A stretch of 43,908 nt of DNA from Deltaproteobacteria bacterium RIFCSPLOWO2_02_56_12 (GCA_001799045.1 MGRY01000143.1:1-43908); one strand, 5' to 3'. Numbered from the stretch's first letter, positions 1 through 8,875 are shown. Translations and numbers: made by a program. Notes: a model not told the origin generated them from the sequence alone.

Positions 1-174
1 TAAACCGCCTGCGCAGCTTCGTCTCTTGAGTACCGCCGCCGACTGTCTAGCCATTATTGAACTAGCAGTAAACTGGGAAGTAGAAAAGCTTTACGATGTA
101 GAAGGTCTCGGTCCCTTCGACGAGTTCTAAATGAATGTGAAGAAAAAGGGGATAAGTCCAATTTTCGTTGACAA

Positions 175-386
175 ATGGCCAGTGAGAAGAAGATCGTTAT
201 AATCGCAGGGCCGGACGGGGCTGGAAAGACTACTTTCGCTGTCGAGTTCCTGCCGCGCGAGGCCGACTGCCCTAGAGAAATGCGGATAAGTCCCATTAAG
301 CGGTTGACCACCCGAAAACAGCCAAAATCGCCATCAAAGTCATCAACCACTACGGCGATGAAGTTTTGAAGGTGTACGAGGTCTGA
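175..386 (+). pseudogene. Remnant of a zeta-toxin-like / AAA-type P-loop NTPase (internal deletion or frameshift)
   Basis: ORF 175-369 opens with Walker A IIAGPDGAGKTTF and FLPREA, then turns into low-complexity sequence after about 30 aa. A second frame (300-386) ends AKIAIKVINHYGDEVLKVYEV*, which looks like a real C-terminus. Both pieces are far shorter than a functional P-loop kinase. Confidence 0.45.
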
Positions 387-418
387 GTTAAAGCCCGTGA
401 CATGGAGACAATGCCCTG

Positions 419-679
419 ATGCCAGAGATTAGCCGCTTCTTCGGGATCGTGATTCGAATCTTCTTTAACGACCACGCCCCGCCGCATTTTCATGCGGTTT
501 ATGGCGGAGACGAGGCGCTGATTGAAATCGAGTCGCTTACCGTCTACCGGGGTGAACTCCCGCAGCGGGCGCTGGCTATGGTGCTGGAGTGGGCTGCGCT
601 GCACCGGCAAGAGTTGCGACGCGACTGGGATCTCGCCCGGCGCGGTAGGCCCCCTGAGCCTATTGCCCCCCTAGAGTAA
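419..679 (+). CDS. DUF4160-family protein
   Basis: 86 aa. MPEISRFFGIVIRIFFNDHAPPHFHAVYGG matches the DUF4160 N-terminal signature (ISRFYGI...NDH.PPHFH). It sits immediately upstream of a DUF2442 gene. Confidence 0.85.
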   Translation: MPEISRFFGIVIRIFFNDHAPPHFHAVYGGDEALIEIESLTVYRGELPQRALAMVLEWAALHRQELRRDWDLARRGRPPEPIAPLE

Positions 680-680
680 A

Positions 681-983
681 TTGGATAGATTAAAGACACG
701 TATGGGTCTGGTTCGAATTCGCGATGTTGTTCCCCTTGAGGGTTTTCGCCTGCGATTGACGCTGACGGACGGTCGAGTGATCGAGCGAGATGTTGCGTCG
801 CTGCTGGTCGGTCCAATCTTCGAGCCGATCCGCAGTGACCATTCCCTCTTTCTCCAGGTGCGCGCTCAAGCGGGGACGGTCGTTTGGCCTAATGGTGCCG
901 ACCTTTGTCCCGATGTCCTCATTTGGGGTGGTCCGCCCCCTGTAGAAACCTCCATCGATAGGCCGGAAACGGCTCCACGTTAG
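681..983 (+). CDS. DUF2442-family protein
   Basis: Contains LRLTLTDGRVIERDV...GPIFEPIRSD...VVWPNGADLCPDVL, the DUF2442 pattern. The ORF-track start at 681 is TTG, 1 nt after the DUF4160 stop. An in-frame ATG at 702 (MGLVRIRD) is an alternative start. Confidence 0.85.
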   Translation: MDRLKTRMGLVRIRDVVPLEGFRLRLTLTDGRVIERDVASLLVGPIFEPIRSDHSLFLQVRAQAGTVVWPNGADLCPDVLIWGGPPPVETSIDRPETAPR

Positions 984-1109
984 CAAAGAGATTCCTTCCT
1001 GAAAGTTGAAGTTTGTTCGCGCGGCCAAAGCCATGGGGGATTTCCAGGGACAGCATACAGCAATTTACAGTAGATATGCGGTGCAGGCAGAATGTGCGAT
1101 TGACGAAAA

Positions 1110-2126
1110 TCAAGCCGCATTGGTCATCTGAACAAGCTGATCGAGTTTTGCCCGGGCCTTACCGGAATCGATCGATTCCGCAGCTAAACGAATCCCCTCA
1201 GCAATAGAGCCGGCCGCTCCGCTGACATAGAGGGCGGCGCCGCTATTGAGCAATACCACGTCTCGCCTGGGCCCCTTTTCCCCCCGCAGGACTCCCCTCA
1301 AGGCATCGGCGCACTGCTCGGGGTTTCCCCCTTGTATCTCTTCCAGGCGACAGCGCTTAAGGCCTACCTCCTCAGGAGTTAGAGTATAATTGCGGATCTC
1401 GCCATTTCGAAGTTCGGAAACTCTGGTCGGCCCTGAGAGAGAGATCTCATCCAACCCTTCGAGCCCATGAACGATCATCGCCCTCACTGTGCCCAAGTTT
1501 TTTAACACCTGGGCGATCAATTCGGTGAGCCCTCCGTCATAGAGACCGGTGAGCTGATGGGTCGCCCCCGCAGGATTGGTCAGTGGACCCAGGAGATTAA
1601 AGATGGTTCTGATGCCGATTTCACGTCTCGGCTGGACGGCATACTTCATCGCCTCGTGAAGCAGCGGCGCGAAGAGAAAACCTATGCCAATTTTCTCTAA
1701 GCACTCCTCGACTTTCTCTTTCGAAGCATCAATCTTGACTCCTAACGCCGCCAACACATCGGCGCTCCCCGACTTGCTGGAAACCGAGCGGTTCCCATGC
1801 TTGGCCACAGTGATCCCCGCGCCCGCCACGACAAAGGCCGACGCGGTTGAGATGTTAATGGTGCCTTTCTGATCCCCTCCTGTGCCAACAATATCGAGCA
1901 CAAGATCGGCTTTGGCCCTGACGCGGCTAACCTTCTCCCTCATGACCCGCGCAGCCCCGGTGATCTCCTGCACCTTCTCTCCTTTCATCCGCAATGCGGT
2001 TAGAAATGACGCCACCTGTAAGGGAGTGGCCTCCCCGGTCATGATCTGATTCATGACGGAGATGGTCTCCTCTTCGGAGAGATCTATCCGATTGACCAGC
2101 TTCTCAATGGCCTCCCGTATGTCCAT
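1110..2126 (-). CDS. trpD: Anthranilate phosphoribosyltransferase
   Basis: 338 aa with an N-terminal helical domain (TGEATPLQVASFLTALRMKGE) and the GTGGD motif (LDIVGTGGDQKGTINIST). No other trp genes are adjacent. Confidence 0.95.
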   Translation of the reverse strand: MDIREAIEKLVNRIDLSEEETISVMNQIMTGEATPLQVASFLTALRMKGEKVQEITGAARVMREKVSRVRAKADLVLDIVGTGGDQKGTINISTASAFVVAGAGITVAKHGNRSVSSKSGSADVLAALGVKIDASKEKVEECLEKIGIGFLFAPLLHEAMKYAVQPRREIGIRTIFNLLGPLTNPAGATHQLTGLYDGGLTELIAQVLKNLGTVRAMIVHGLEGLDEISLSGPTRVSELRNGEIRNYTLTPEEVGLKRCRLEEIQGGNPEQCADALRGVLRGEKGPRRDVVLLNSGAALYVSGAAGSIAEGIRLAAESIDSGKARAKLDQLVQMTNAA

Positions 2127-2156
2127 AAATTGACTCCCTGGTTACCCGGATGCGAG

Positions 2157-2313
2157 TTATTAATACAAACGCATTAAGTCATGTTACATTATCGTCGATC
2201 CAGCGTGAGATGCTTCACTGCGTTCAGCATGACAAAAAGAGTGTCATTCTGAGCGAGAGCGAAGAATCTCATTCTTTTCAATGTCACTCTGTTTATTTCG
2301 TTTGTATTAGTAA
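2157..2313. repeat. Nested imperfect palindromic element (outer 15-bp inverted repeat enclosing an inner inverted repeat of about 27 bp)
   Basis: Outer arms are TTATTAATACAAACG (2157-2171) and CGTTTGTATTAGTAA (2299-2313), matching 14 of 15. Inner arms are 2207-2233 and 2243-2270 (about 22 of 28 positions pair) around a 9-nt loop. It lies between the SPOR gene stop and the trpD start. Confidence 0.65.
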
Positions 2314-2317
2314 CCAA

Positions 2318-3082
2318 TTATCGACTCGTGGTGATCGACTTCGTGAAGTTTTCCTTTGCCTTTAACTTTTCTTGCAGCGCTTTAGCCTCTTCCTGCGTCC
2401 CCAGGCGGCCCACGCGCACACGGTACCAGGTGCGCCCTTTGATGCTTGTAGGCAGCACATAGGCATCATACCCCTTATCCTTGAGTTTCTTGGCCAGGCT
2501 CTTCGCATCCCGCTCGAGTGGATAGGCATTGACCTGTACGGCCCATGCCTTCTCTCGCGTCTCGGCCTTGGCCTTCGATCCTTCTGCCCCTGGAGTTTTC
2601 TGGAGCGGCGAGACTTTTTTTGCCTCCGCCGCCGGCGCGCTTTTCTCTGCTACCGCCTTCTCCTGGACTTTCTCTACTGTCTTAACTTTCTCCACGGCCG
2701 CGGCTTTTTGCTCCTGGACAGGCGGCTTTGTCTCCTTGCTCGCCGATTTTGCCGCTTTCTCTGCCGGTTTGATCTCCTTGGTCGCCTCCACGCGCGTAGC
2801 CGCCGCACCGGCCGGGGCCTTCGCCAAGGTATCATAGAAAGTCATTTCCTCTTTGCCTGGAGCGCCGGGCGTCGCTGATCCCTGGGACAAAGGCTGGACA
2901 GGAATCTTAATCAACGGCTCCTCTTTCTTAAGAAGCTTTCTCTCTTCAATCCCCTGCCCTATCAGGATACCCAGCAAGAAAACGACGGTCGAGGTAATCG
3001 TAATCCCCACCGCAAGGACAAGCAGTTGCCCGCGCGTCCAATAATAGAGGCCTTGGCCTCTTCCTTTGCGATTTTCCGCCAT
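2318..3082 (-). CDS. SPOR-domain membrane protein
   Basis: 254 aa with one N-terminal TM helix (LLVLAVGITITSTVVFLLGILIG), a Lys/Ala/Glu/Pro-rich linker and a C-terminal SPOR fold pattern (AWAVQVNAY...AKSLAKKLKDKGYDAYV...WYRVRVG). It starts 3 nt after the argS stop. Confidence 0.85.
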   Translation of the reverse strand: MAENRKGRGQGLYYWTRGQLLVLAVGITITSTVVFLLGILIGQGIEERKLLKKEEPLIKIPVQPLSQGSATPGAPGKEEMTFYDTLAKAPAGAAATRVEATKEIKPAEKAAKSASKETKPPVQEQKAAAVEKVKTVEKVQEKAVAEKSAPAAEAKKVSPLQKTPGAEGSKAKAETREKAWAVQVNAYPLERDAKSLAKKLKDKGYDAYVLPTSIKGRTWYRVRVGRLGTQEEAKALQEKLKAKENFTKSITTSR

Positions 3083-3085
3083 AAA

Positions 3086-4786
3086 TTATTGCCTCAGAGC
3101 GATTGTCTGCTCATTTCTGGCGGCCATCTTTGAGGGCGCCTGTATCCCCAACAGGAGCAATCCCTTACGGATAATTTTCTGCACATTGCGCACAAGCAGG
3201 AGGCGCGCTCGAGTCAGGGCGAGATCATCCGAGATCACCCGGAAGCGGTTGTAATAACGATGGAAATCTCCCGCCAGCTCAAGGAGGTAGAAAATCACCC
3301 TGTGCGGCTCCAATTCCTTGACGCTCTCCTCCACAACCTCGGGAAATTGGACTATTCGTTTGATGAGATCCGTCTCTTCCGCAAGCACCAGCCGCTCGAT
3401 CTCGACATCCCGCAGCGTCAAATCCTCCACCCGGAGCCCCCCCTGACGAGCCTGCTCGAAGATGCTGGCGATACGGGCATGGGCGTATTGGACATAAAAA
3501 ACCGGATTCTCGCTTGACTCCTTTTTGGCCAGTTCCAGATCGAAATCCAAATGGCTGTCCGACCTTCGCATGAGGAAAAAAAACCTCGCCGCATCCCTTC
3601 CTACCTCCTCCAACACCTCGCGCAAGGAGACGAATTCTCCCATGCGCTTTCCCATTCGAACCGGCTCGCCGCCCCGCGTGAGGTGCACCATCTGGACCAA
3701 AACGACCTGGAGGAGATCGGGATCATACCCGAGAGCTCTTATCGCAGCCTTGAGGCGAGGCACATAGCCGTGATGGTCCGCACCCCAGATATTGACCAGC
3801 TTCCTATAGCCGCGCTCGTATTTGTTTCGATGGTAGGCAATGTCGCTGGCGAAGTAAGTAAGCTCGCCATCGCTCTTGACCACCGTTCGGTCCTTTTCGT
3901 CTCCATAAGCGGTCGCCTTAAACCACTGCGCCCCTTCTTCGGAGTATATCAATCCACGAGAGCGCAAAAGCTCGATCGTTTTTTCTACTTCCCCACGTTC
4001 TCTCAGCCCCTTCTCGCTGACATAGGAATCAAAGGTAATGCCGAATTTTTCCAAATCGGCGCGGATCCCGGTGAGCAACGTCTCGCCGCCATAACAACTG
4101 AGAAAATCCACCGCCGTTTCCCTCTCCTCCGATAGAAATCTTTTTCCCCAGCGCTGGTTGATCCCTGCTGCCAGATCCTTGACGTAGTCTCCCCGGTACC
4201 CTTCCTCAGGAAAGTCCGTCTTCTCGCCGTAAAGCTCCCGGTAGCGCAGGTAGAGAGAGAGCCCTAGTTTCTCCATTTGTCTCCCGGCGTCGTTGACATA
4301 GTACTCCCGCTCTACATCATACCCGACCGCTTCGAGGAGACGCGCCAGGACATCGCCGATCACAGCTACGCGTCCATGTCCCACATGGAGCGGACCGGTG
4401 GGGTTGACGCTGGCAAACTCTACCTGAACTTTTTCTCCGCGACCTAATTCCAATCCGAGCGCCTTTTCGTTCTCGATCTCCTTGAGACGCCGGTAGCAAA
4501 ACTTAGCAGAAAAGGAAAAATTCAGGAAACCTGGGCCGGCAATTTCCATGCGCGCCAATATCCCTTCAGGATCTTCCAGGTTCTTGAGGATCGCCTCCGC
4601 GATGGCGCGCGGGGATTTTCTCTGCTGCTTAGCCCAAATCAGGGCCACGTTAGTGGCCAAGTCGCCAAATTCTTTCTGCTTGGGGGGCTCAAGAAGCAAA
4701 GGGGGGAGGTCTGTTGTATTCAGCTCTCCCCCCTTTGCCGTTTTTTCAATGGCTTGAGCTAACAGATCCCTAAGGTGACTTTTCAT
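3086..4786 (-). CDS. argS: Arginine--tRNA ligase
   Basis: Class I aaRS with the HVGH motif (SVNPTGPLHVGHGR), the MGKR (KMSKS-like) motif and a DALR anticodon-binding C-terminus. ATG at 4786 (MKSHLRDLL) follows GGGAGAG. The ORF-track start at 4858 adds 24 non-conserved residues. Confidence 0.95.
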   Translation of the reverse strand: MKSHLRDLLAQAIEKTAKGGELNTTDLPPLLLEPPKQKEFGDLATNVALIWAKQQRKSPRAIAEAILKNLEDPEGILARMEIAGPGFLNFSFSAKFCYRRLKEIENEKALGLELGRGEKVQVEFASVNPTGPLHVGHGRVAVIGDVLARLLEAVGYDVEREYYVNDAGRQMEKLGLSLYLRYRELYGEKTDFPEEGYRGDYVKDLAAGINQRWGKRFLSEERETAVDFLSCYGGETLLTGIRADLEKFGITFDSYVSEKGLRERGEVEKTIELLRSRGLIYSEEGAQWFKATAYGDEKDRTVVKSDGELTYFASDIAYHRNKYERGYRKLVNIWGADHHGYVPRLKAAIRALGYDPDLLQVVLVQMVHLTRGGEPVRMGKRMGEFVSLREVLEEVGRDAARFFFLMRRSDSHLDFDLELAKKESSENPVFYVQYAHARIASIFEQARQGGLRVEDLTLRDVEIERLVLAEETDLIKRIVQFPEVVEESVKELEPHRVIFYLLELAGDFHRYYNRFRVISDDLALTRARLLLVRNVQKIIRKGLLLLGIQAPSKMAARNEQTIALRQ

Positions 4787-4902
4787 CTCTCCCTTGAACC
4801 ATCCCTCACTGCTCCAGGCGGCCAGGCCACCGGCAAACATGAGGCCAGGCCCGGTCACACCTAACGCTTACATTTATCCGACCATAGATCATAAGATCGC
4901 TA

Positions 4903-4932
4903 TTTATAACGCCTTTTTAGTCTCAAAGTCAA
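4903..4932 (-). promoter_or_regulatory. Candidate sigma70-type promoter upstream of argS
   Basis: On the minus strand: TTGACT (4932-4927), 18 nt, TATAAA (4908-4903). It lies about 115 nt upstream of the argS ATG. Confidence 0.35.
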
Positions 4933-4969
4933 GCTGGCTAGATATGGTTCGTTGGCAATTTTCACCCTC

Positions 4970-5851
4970 TCATCCTTTCTTTTGCCCCGAGATTAACGCA
5001 TAAACATGATAGGCGATGCCGGTAGCCTCGTAACCATCCAGACCATTCGCCTGGGCAATGGAAAAGAGCTGGTAGGCCAACGCGCTAAAGGGAACCGGCA
5101 CCTCCATCTCCCTGGCCATCTCCAATCCGAAACCGACATCCTTGGGCATCCAGGACTTGCGCGGTTTGAACTTACGACTCACCAGAGTCTCGCATACCCG
5201 CTCCACCGACTCGGAATGGTTCTGCGAGTTACGCAACACTGTATGAACAGTCTCCTCCGAGACCCCGCCCTTCTTAAGCCAGGTAAAGATCTCCGCCAGG
5301 CCCATGTGCTGAATGGCCCCAAACATGGCCATAGCGTTTTTGACCAGCTTGGCGTTTCCCAGCTCTCCCACATGGACAATCTTCTTTCCCATGGCCTGAA
5401 AAACCGGCAGGTGTTGATCGAATAGCTCCTTAGGACCGGAGACCCAGAGGGAAAGAGTCCCCGCTGCCGCCTGCTCCTCGACCCCACCGGCTGAGGCGTC
5501 CATCACCTTCCAGCCTTTTTTTTGCAACTCCTGGTGGACACCCAAGATCGTTTTCTTGTCGATGCTGCTGCAATCGATCCAAATCTTTGCCCCCGAACTC
5601 GCCTCATGCAAACCGCCTTTGCCTAGTCCAACCTCCTTCACCGCCTCATTGTAGGGAAGCATGGAAAGCACCAGCTCCGATGCCTCGGCCACGGCCTTTG
5701 GAGACGCTTTAAACTCGGCTCCCTGGCTCTCCAGATTACGCGCGACTTCCCGTCTGATATCATTGACGACCAAACGATACCCCGCCTTGATCAGATTGGC
5801 CGCCATCCCGCTGCCCATTCCCCCAGTGCCGATAAAACCTAAAGTCTTCAT
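4970..5851 (-). CDS. NAD(P)-dependent beta-hydroxyacid dehydrogenase (3-hydroxyisobutyrate / tartronate-semialdehyde reductase family)
   Basis: 293 aa with the Rossmann motif MKTLGFIGTGGMGSGMAANL and the central GNAKLVKN catalytic-Lys motif of the HIBADH family. The ATG is preceded by GGAGGGGAAT. Confidence 0.85.
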   Translation of the reverse strand: MKTLGFIGTGGMGSGMAANLIKAGYRLVVNDIRREVARNLESQGAEFKASPKAVAEASELVLSMLPYNEAVKEVGLGKGGLHEASSGAKIWIDCSSIDKKTILGVHQELQKKGWKVMDASAGGVEEQAAAGTLSLWVSGPKELFDQHLPVFQAMGKKIVHVGELGNAKLVKNAMAMFGAIQHMGLAEIFTWLKKGGVSEETVHTVLRNSQNHSESVERVCETLVSRKFKPRKSWMPKDVGFGLEMAREMEVPVPFSALAYQLFSIAQANGLDGYEATGIAYHVYALISGQKKG

Positions 5852-5976
5852 ATTCCCCTCCGACGTTTATTTTAATCGACCGCTCTTATATACCGCAATC
5901 CCGTGGTAAAATGGTAGTCATGTTGAAATAGCATAGGGAACTCGTGTATATGCCGCTATAGAGAAAGGAGAGAATC

Positions 5977-6987
5977 ATGTCAAAACGATGGCTGTCTGTA
6001 TTACCCGTGTTTCTGACCCTTCTGCTATTTTCCGCCACATCATCTGCGCAGGAAATCAAGGCGATCGAAGAGGGGGCCAAAAAAGAAGGAAGGCTTAACC
6101 TCTATGGGTCGATGCGCGAGGACGAGGCCAAACCCGTCTTGGACACTTTTGAAAAGAAATATCCCGGGGTCAAGATAGATTATTTCCGCTCCAGCGATGA
6201 AAAGCTTGCGAGCAGAATCCTCGCCGAGGCCAAGGCAAAGACGTACAACTTCGACGCCCTGATATCCTCCGGTTCCTGGGATGTAAAAAACCTCGGAATG
6301 ACGCTCAAGTGGTCCCCACCCTCAGCCTCAGGGATCAACCCGGATCTTTTGGACCCGGACGGGATGGGCACCCCGGTCTACATCAACACCAATGTCATGC
6401 AATACAACACCCGGCTGGTCGCCAAGGCTGACGTGCCCAAAAGCTATGAGGATCTGACTCACCCCAAATGGAAGGGGAAACTTTGCCTGGAGGATTCTGA
6501 TTTTGAGTGGTTTGTCGGCCTTCAGGCCTCCATGGGAAAAGAAAAGGCCCTCGATCTATTCAAGCGCATCGCCGCCAATCAACCTGCGATCCGAAACGGG
6601 CATGGATTGCTCTCGGACCTGGTCTCTGCCGGCGAGTGCCCTGTCGCCGTCAGTAATTACGGCAATCAGGTGGCCAGGGCGCAGAAAAAAGGAGCGCCTA
6701 CGGACTTTGTAGCTGTCAATCCGGTCGTGACCCTTGTTGTCCCTGCCGTGGTTTCCAAAAATGGTCCCCATCTCAACGCGGCCAAGCTTTACGTCAACTG
6801 GATCAGCTCCAAGGAGGGGCAAGAGCTTATCGTAAAGAATGGCGGCAGGATTCCGGTTCGCGTGGATGTGGACCCTGACCCGCCCAGGCTGACCAAGGGC
6901 CTTAAACTCCAAGTCTCAAAGCGCTTGGTGGGAAAAGAGCTTAAAGATGTCCAGGCGCTTTATCGCCAGATATGGCAGGGTCGCTAG
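5977..6987 (+). CDS. Periplasmic ABC-transporter substrate-binding protein (Fe3+/FutA-AfuA-like PBP2 family)
   Basis: 336 aa with a signal peptide (MSKRWLSVLPVFLTLLLFSATSSAQE). The mature N-terminus (EGRLNLYGSM...LDTFEKKYPGVKIDYFRSS) is typical of family-1 solute-binding proteins. RBS AAGGAGAG. No permease or ATPase gene is adjacent. Confidence 0.75.
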   Translation: MSKRWLSVLPVFLTLLLFSATSSAQEIKAIEEGAKKEGRLNLYGSMREDEAKPVLDTFEKKYPGVKIDYFRSSDEKLASRILAEAKAKTYNFDALISSGSWDVKNLGMTLKWSPPSASGINPDLLDPDGMGTPVYINTNVMQYNTRLVAKADVPKSYEDLTHPKWKGKLCLEDSDFEWFVGLQASMGKEKALDLFKRIAANQPAIRNGHGLLSDLVSAGECPVAVSNYGNQVARAQKKGAPTDFVAVNPVVTLVVPAVVSKNGPHLNAAKLYVNWISSKEGQELIVKNGGRIPVRVDVDPDPPRLTKGLKLQVSKRLVGKELKDVQALYRQIWQGR

Positions 6988-7029
6988 AGCAACTTTCTGT
7001 AGATGGTCTTAAAAGGGAGGCGCTCGATC

Positions 7030-8400
7030 TTATCTCTTGATCGCACTCGGCCCCATATCGATCAGGTTCAGGGCCTTAGACAGATCTGAAACGTTGGGGA
7101 GATCCCACCAGCATCGAAGCGCCTCTGACGCCCGGGGCGTTTCCAGGACCGATTCCGCCGCTCTCAGGAATTTGGTATCGATATCCTTGTCCTGCATAGG
7201 GTTCTTATTGTGCCCGAGAGGATCCTGCGGCGTGAACGAATAGCCTCTTCCATCCTTAGTCTTCGCCTCCACCTTCAACGCCACGGTCTCAGGGTAAAGC
7301 GCATCGATCGCCTCATCCTTGCGCACGCGAATCTTGGCCATGAGCGGTCGCAGTAAAGGATCACGGTAGGCGGCCTCCTCGAAGGAAGCGGCCGTGATGG
7401 TTCCATCGACCAGTGTGCGAGCAAAAATATAAGGGAGGCTGTGATCTGCGGTCTCTCTAGTCTTTGGGTCCCACTTTTCCGGGTCGCTCCCGATCTCGCT
7501 ATAGGCAAAGGCATAAGTGCCAAAGTTAACTTCCGTCAGGTTACGCCAGTCGATCTTGGAGCGAAGCTCCAGTGCGGCCCACACAACTAACTGGGCGTTG
7601 TATTCCACCGGCCAGTACTTGAGCTGGACTTCAGGGGTGCGAAATTCCCCGCCGCGTCCCGGCAGGGGCGCTAACTCAAAAGGTCCCGTTATCAAGTCCC
7701 AAAGGCCATGCTTCCCCTCGAACGGGCGGTCGGGTCCGGTCATCCCCTCCGCGGCGAGCAGCGTGGCAAAAAGAGCGTTGCGAGTGGCAAACGCGGTCGC
7801 GGTTCCTTTCCAAAGCGACAGCTCTCCAGCCCTGGTGTTTCGCATCGGCACATTAGCCACGGCGGTAATAGCAATGGCCTCTCCAACCATCCGGGGTGAC
7901 AAACGCAGCAGATGACCTATACCGGCAGCGGTGCAAATACCGATGACAAAGCCCTGGTCCCAGCCCTTTGTACGCAGCCCCGTAGCGTCGTTGAAGCGGA
8001 CAAAGAGCTCATAGGCAACCACCATGCTCGACAGCAAGCGGCGGCCGTCAGCCCCCGCCGCTTCGGCAATAGCGAGGAAGGCGCCCAGGCAGTCGCTCGG
8101 ATGGCCGCCAGGATACTGGTCGTTGAAGTCCAGGTTGCGGATCATCGCGGTGTTTACGAAAGCTGCGTCCTCCGCCGTCGATTTTTCACCATATCCGAGG
8201 ATGCGGCCCGGGTATCGCTTTGGCGCCGCGCCGCGGGCAAGACGGATGCCGATCTCGGCAGGCTCGCACCGATAGGCTGCGATGGCGCAGGCGAGGCTAT
8301 CCACCATGCGCTGCGTCGCGGCATGGACGACCTCCTCCGGCAGTTCCTCAAAAACCAGAGTGGAGGCATAGCCGGCGATGAGGCGAGTTAAATTATCCAC
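7030..8400 (-). CDS. MmgE/PrpD-family protein (2-methylcitrate dehydratase superfamily)
   Basis: The N-terminal pattern LIAGYASTLVFEELPEEVVHAATQRMVDSLACAIAA and the length fit MmgE/PrpD. GTG at 8400 is preceded by GGAGGAACC. The ORF-track start at 8496 adds 32 non-conserved residues. Confidence 0.85.
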   Translation of the reverse strand: MDNLTRLIAGYASTLVFEELPEEVVHAATQRMVDSLACAIAAYRCEPAEIGIRLARGAAPKRYPGRILGYGEKSTAEDAAFVNTAMIRNLDFNDQYPGGHPSDCLGAFLAIAEAAGADGRRLLSSMVVAYELFVRFNDATGLRTKGWDQGFVIGICTAAGIGHLLRLSPRMVGEAIAITAVANVPMRNTRAGELSLWKGTATAFATRNALFATLLAAEGMTGPDRPFEGKHGLWDLITGPFELAPLPGRGGEFRTPEVQLKYWPVEYNAQLVVWAALELRSKIDWRNLTEVNFGTYAFAYSEIGSDPEKWDPKTRETADHSLPYIFARTLVDGTITAASFEEAAYRDPLLRPLMAKIRVRKDEAIDALYPETVALKVEAKTKDGRGYSFTPQDPLGHNKNPMQDKDIDTKFLRAAESVLETPRASEALRCWWDLPNVSDLSKALNLIDMGPSAIKR

Positions 8401-8509
8401 GGTTCCTCCGTTTCCCCAATACCTCTCGATCCCGGCTGTCCCGCTTCTGCCTTCCGGCGCATCAAATACCACCGCCCATCTTTGCATGACCGCCAACCAC
8501 AGATGCCTC

Positions 8510-8875
8510 CTACTCCAGGATCTTCACTCCTTGGGGCCAAAGAACCAGGACCACGGTCTCACCTATGCCGTGCGGCGTGTGAACCGATTGAGGATCTAAA
8601 TAGACGATATCACCTTCGGTGTAGACGCCCGTTTCATCCCCGATCCCGCCCTTAAGCACTAAATAAAATTCTCCGCCGATATGCTCATGCTTTAAAAAAG
8701 CCTTTGGATCGGCATCGGCCTTGATGCGGTAGAGGACAAGCTCCCTAGCCCCTTCGCGCGCCAATCTGGCCATCGACAAACCATTGCCGAAATCCTTCCA
8801 TTGAAGCTTGTCCAAGGCCGCATGATCGAGTTGGATTTCTATCAGACCTTTAAGTGAATGGCGCAACAAGTTCAT
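8510..8875 (-). CDS. ChrR-like cupin-domain protein
   Basis: Cupin core HEHIGGEFYLVLKGGIGDETGVYTEGDIVYLDPQSVHTP. ATG at 8875 (MNLLRHSL). The ORF-track start at 8893 is TTG. It lies directly upstream of the MmgE/PrpD gene on the same strand. Confidence 0.75.
   Translation of the reverse strand: MNLLRHSLKGLIEIQLDHAALDKLQWKDFGNGLSMARLAREGARELVLYRIKADADPKAFLKHEHIGGEFYLVLKGGIGDETGVYTEGDIVYLDPQSVHTPHGIGETVVLVLWPQGVKILE

Noticed and set aside
54-350. 98-aa minus-strand ORF at the left edge
   Set aside because: It is antisense to the Walker-A-containing remnant, with no motif or RBS.
2150-2365. 71-aa ORF (MRVINTNAL…MLHCVQHDKKSVILSESEESH…)
   Set aside because: It is a read-through of the nested palindromic repeat. 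Its peptide strings are the mirror translations of the two repeat arms. It has no RBS and it overlaps the SPOR gene 3' end.
4787-4858. N-terminal extension of argS in the ORF track. The same issue applies to nusG (41357-41503), rpsJ (27018-27056), infA (15169-15234), rpsD (13846-13887), the PrpD-like gene (8401-8496) and rpoA (13194-13205)
   Set aside because: The extensions are not conserved-looking. They run through upstream genes or repeat spacers. Internal starts with good SD sequences reproduce the canonical N-termini.
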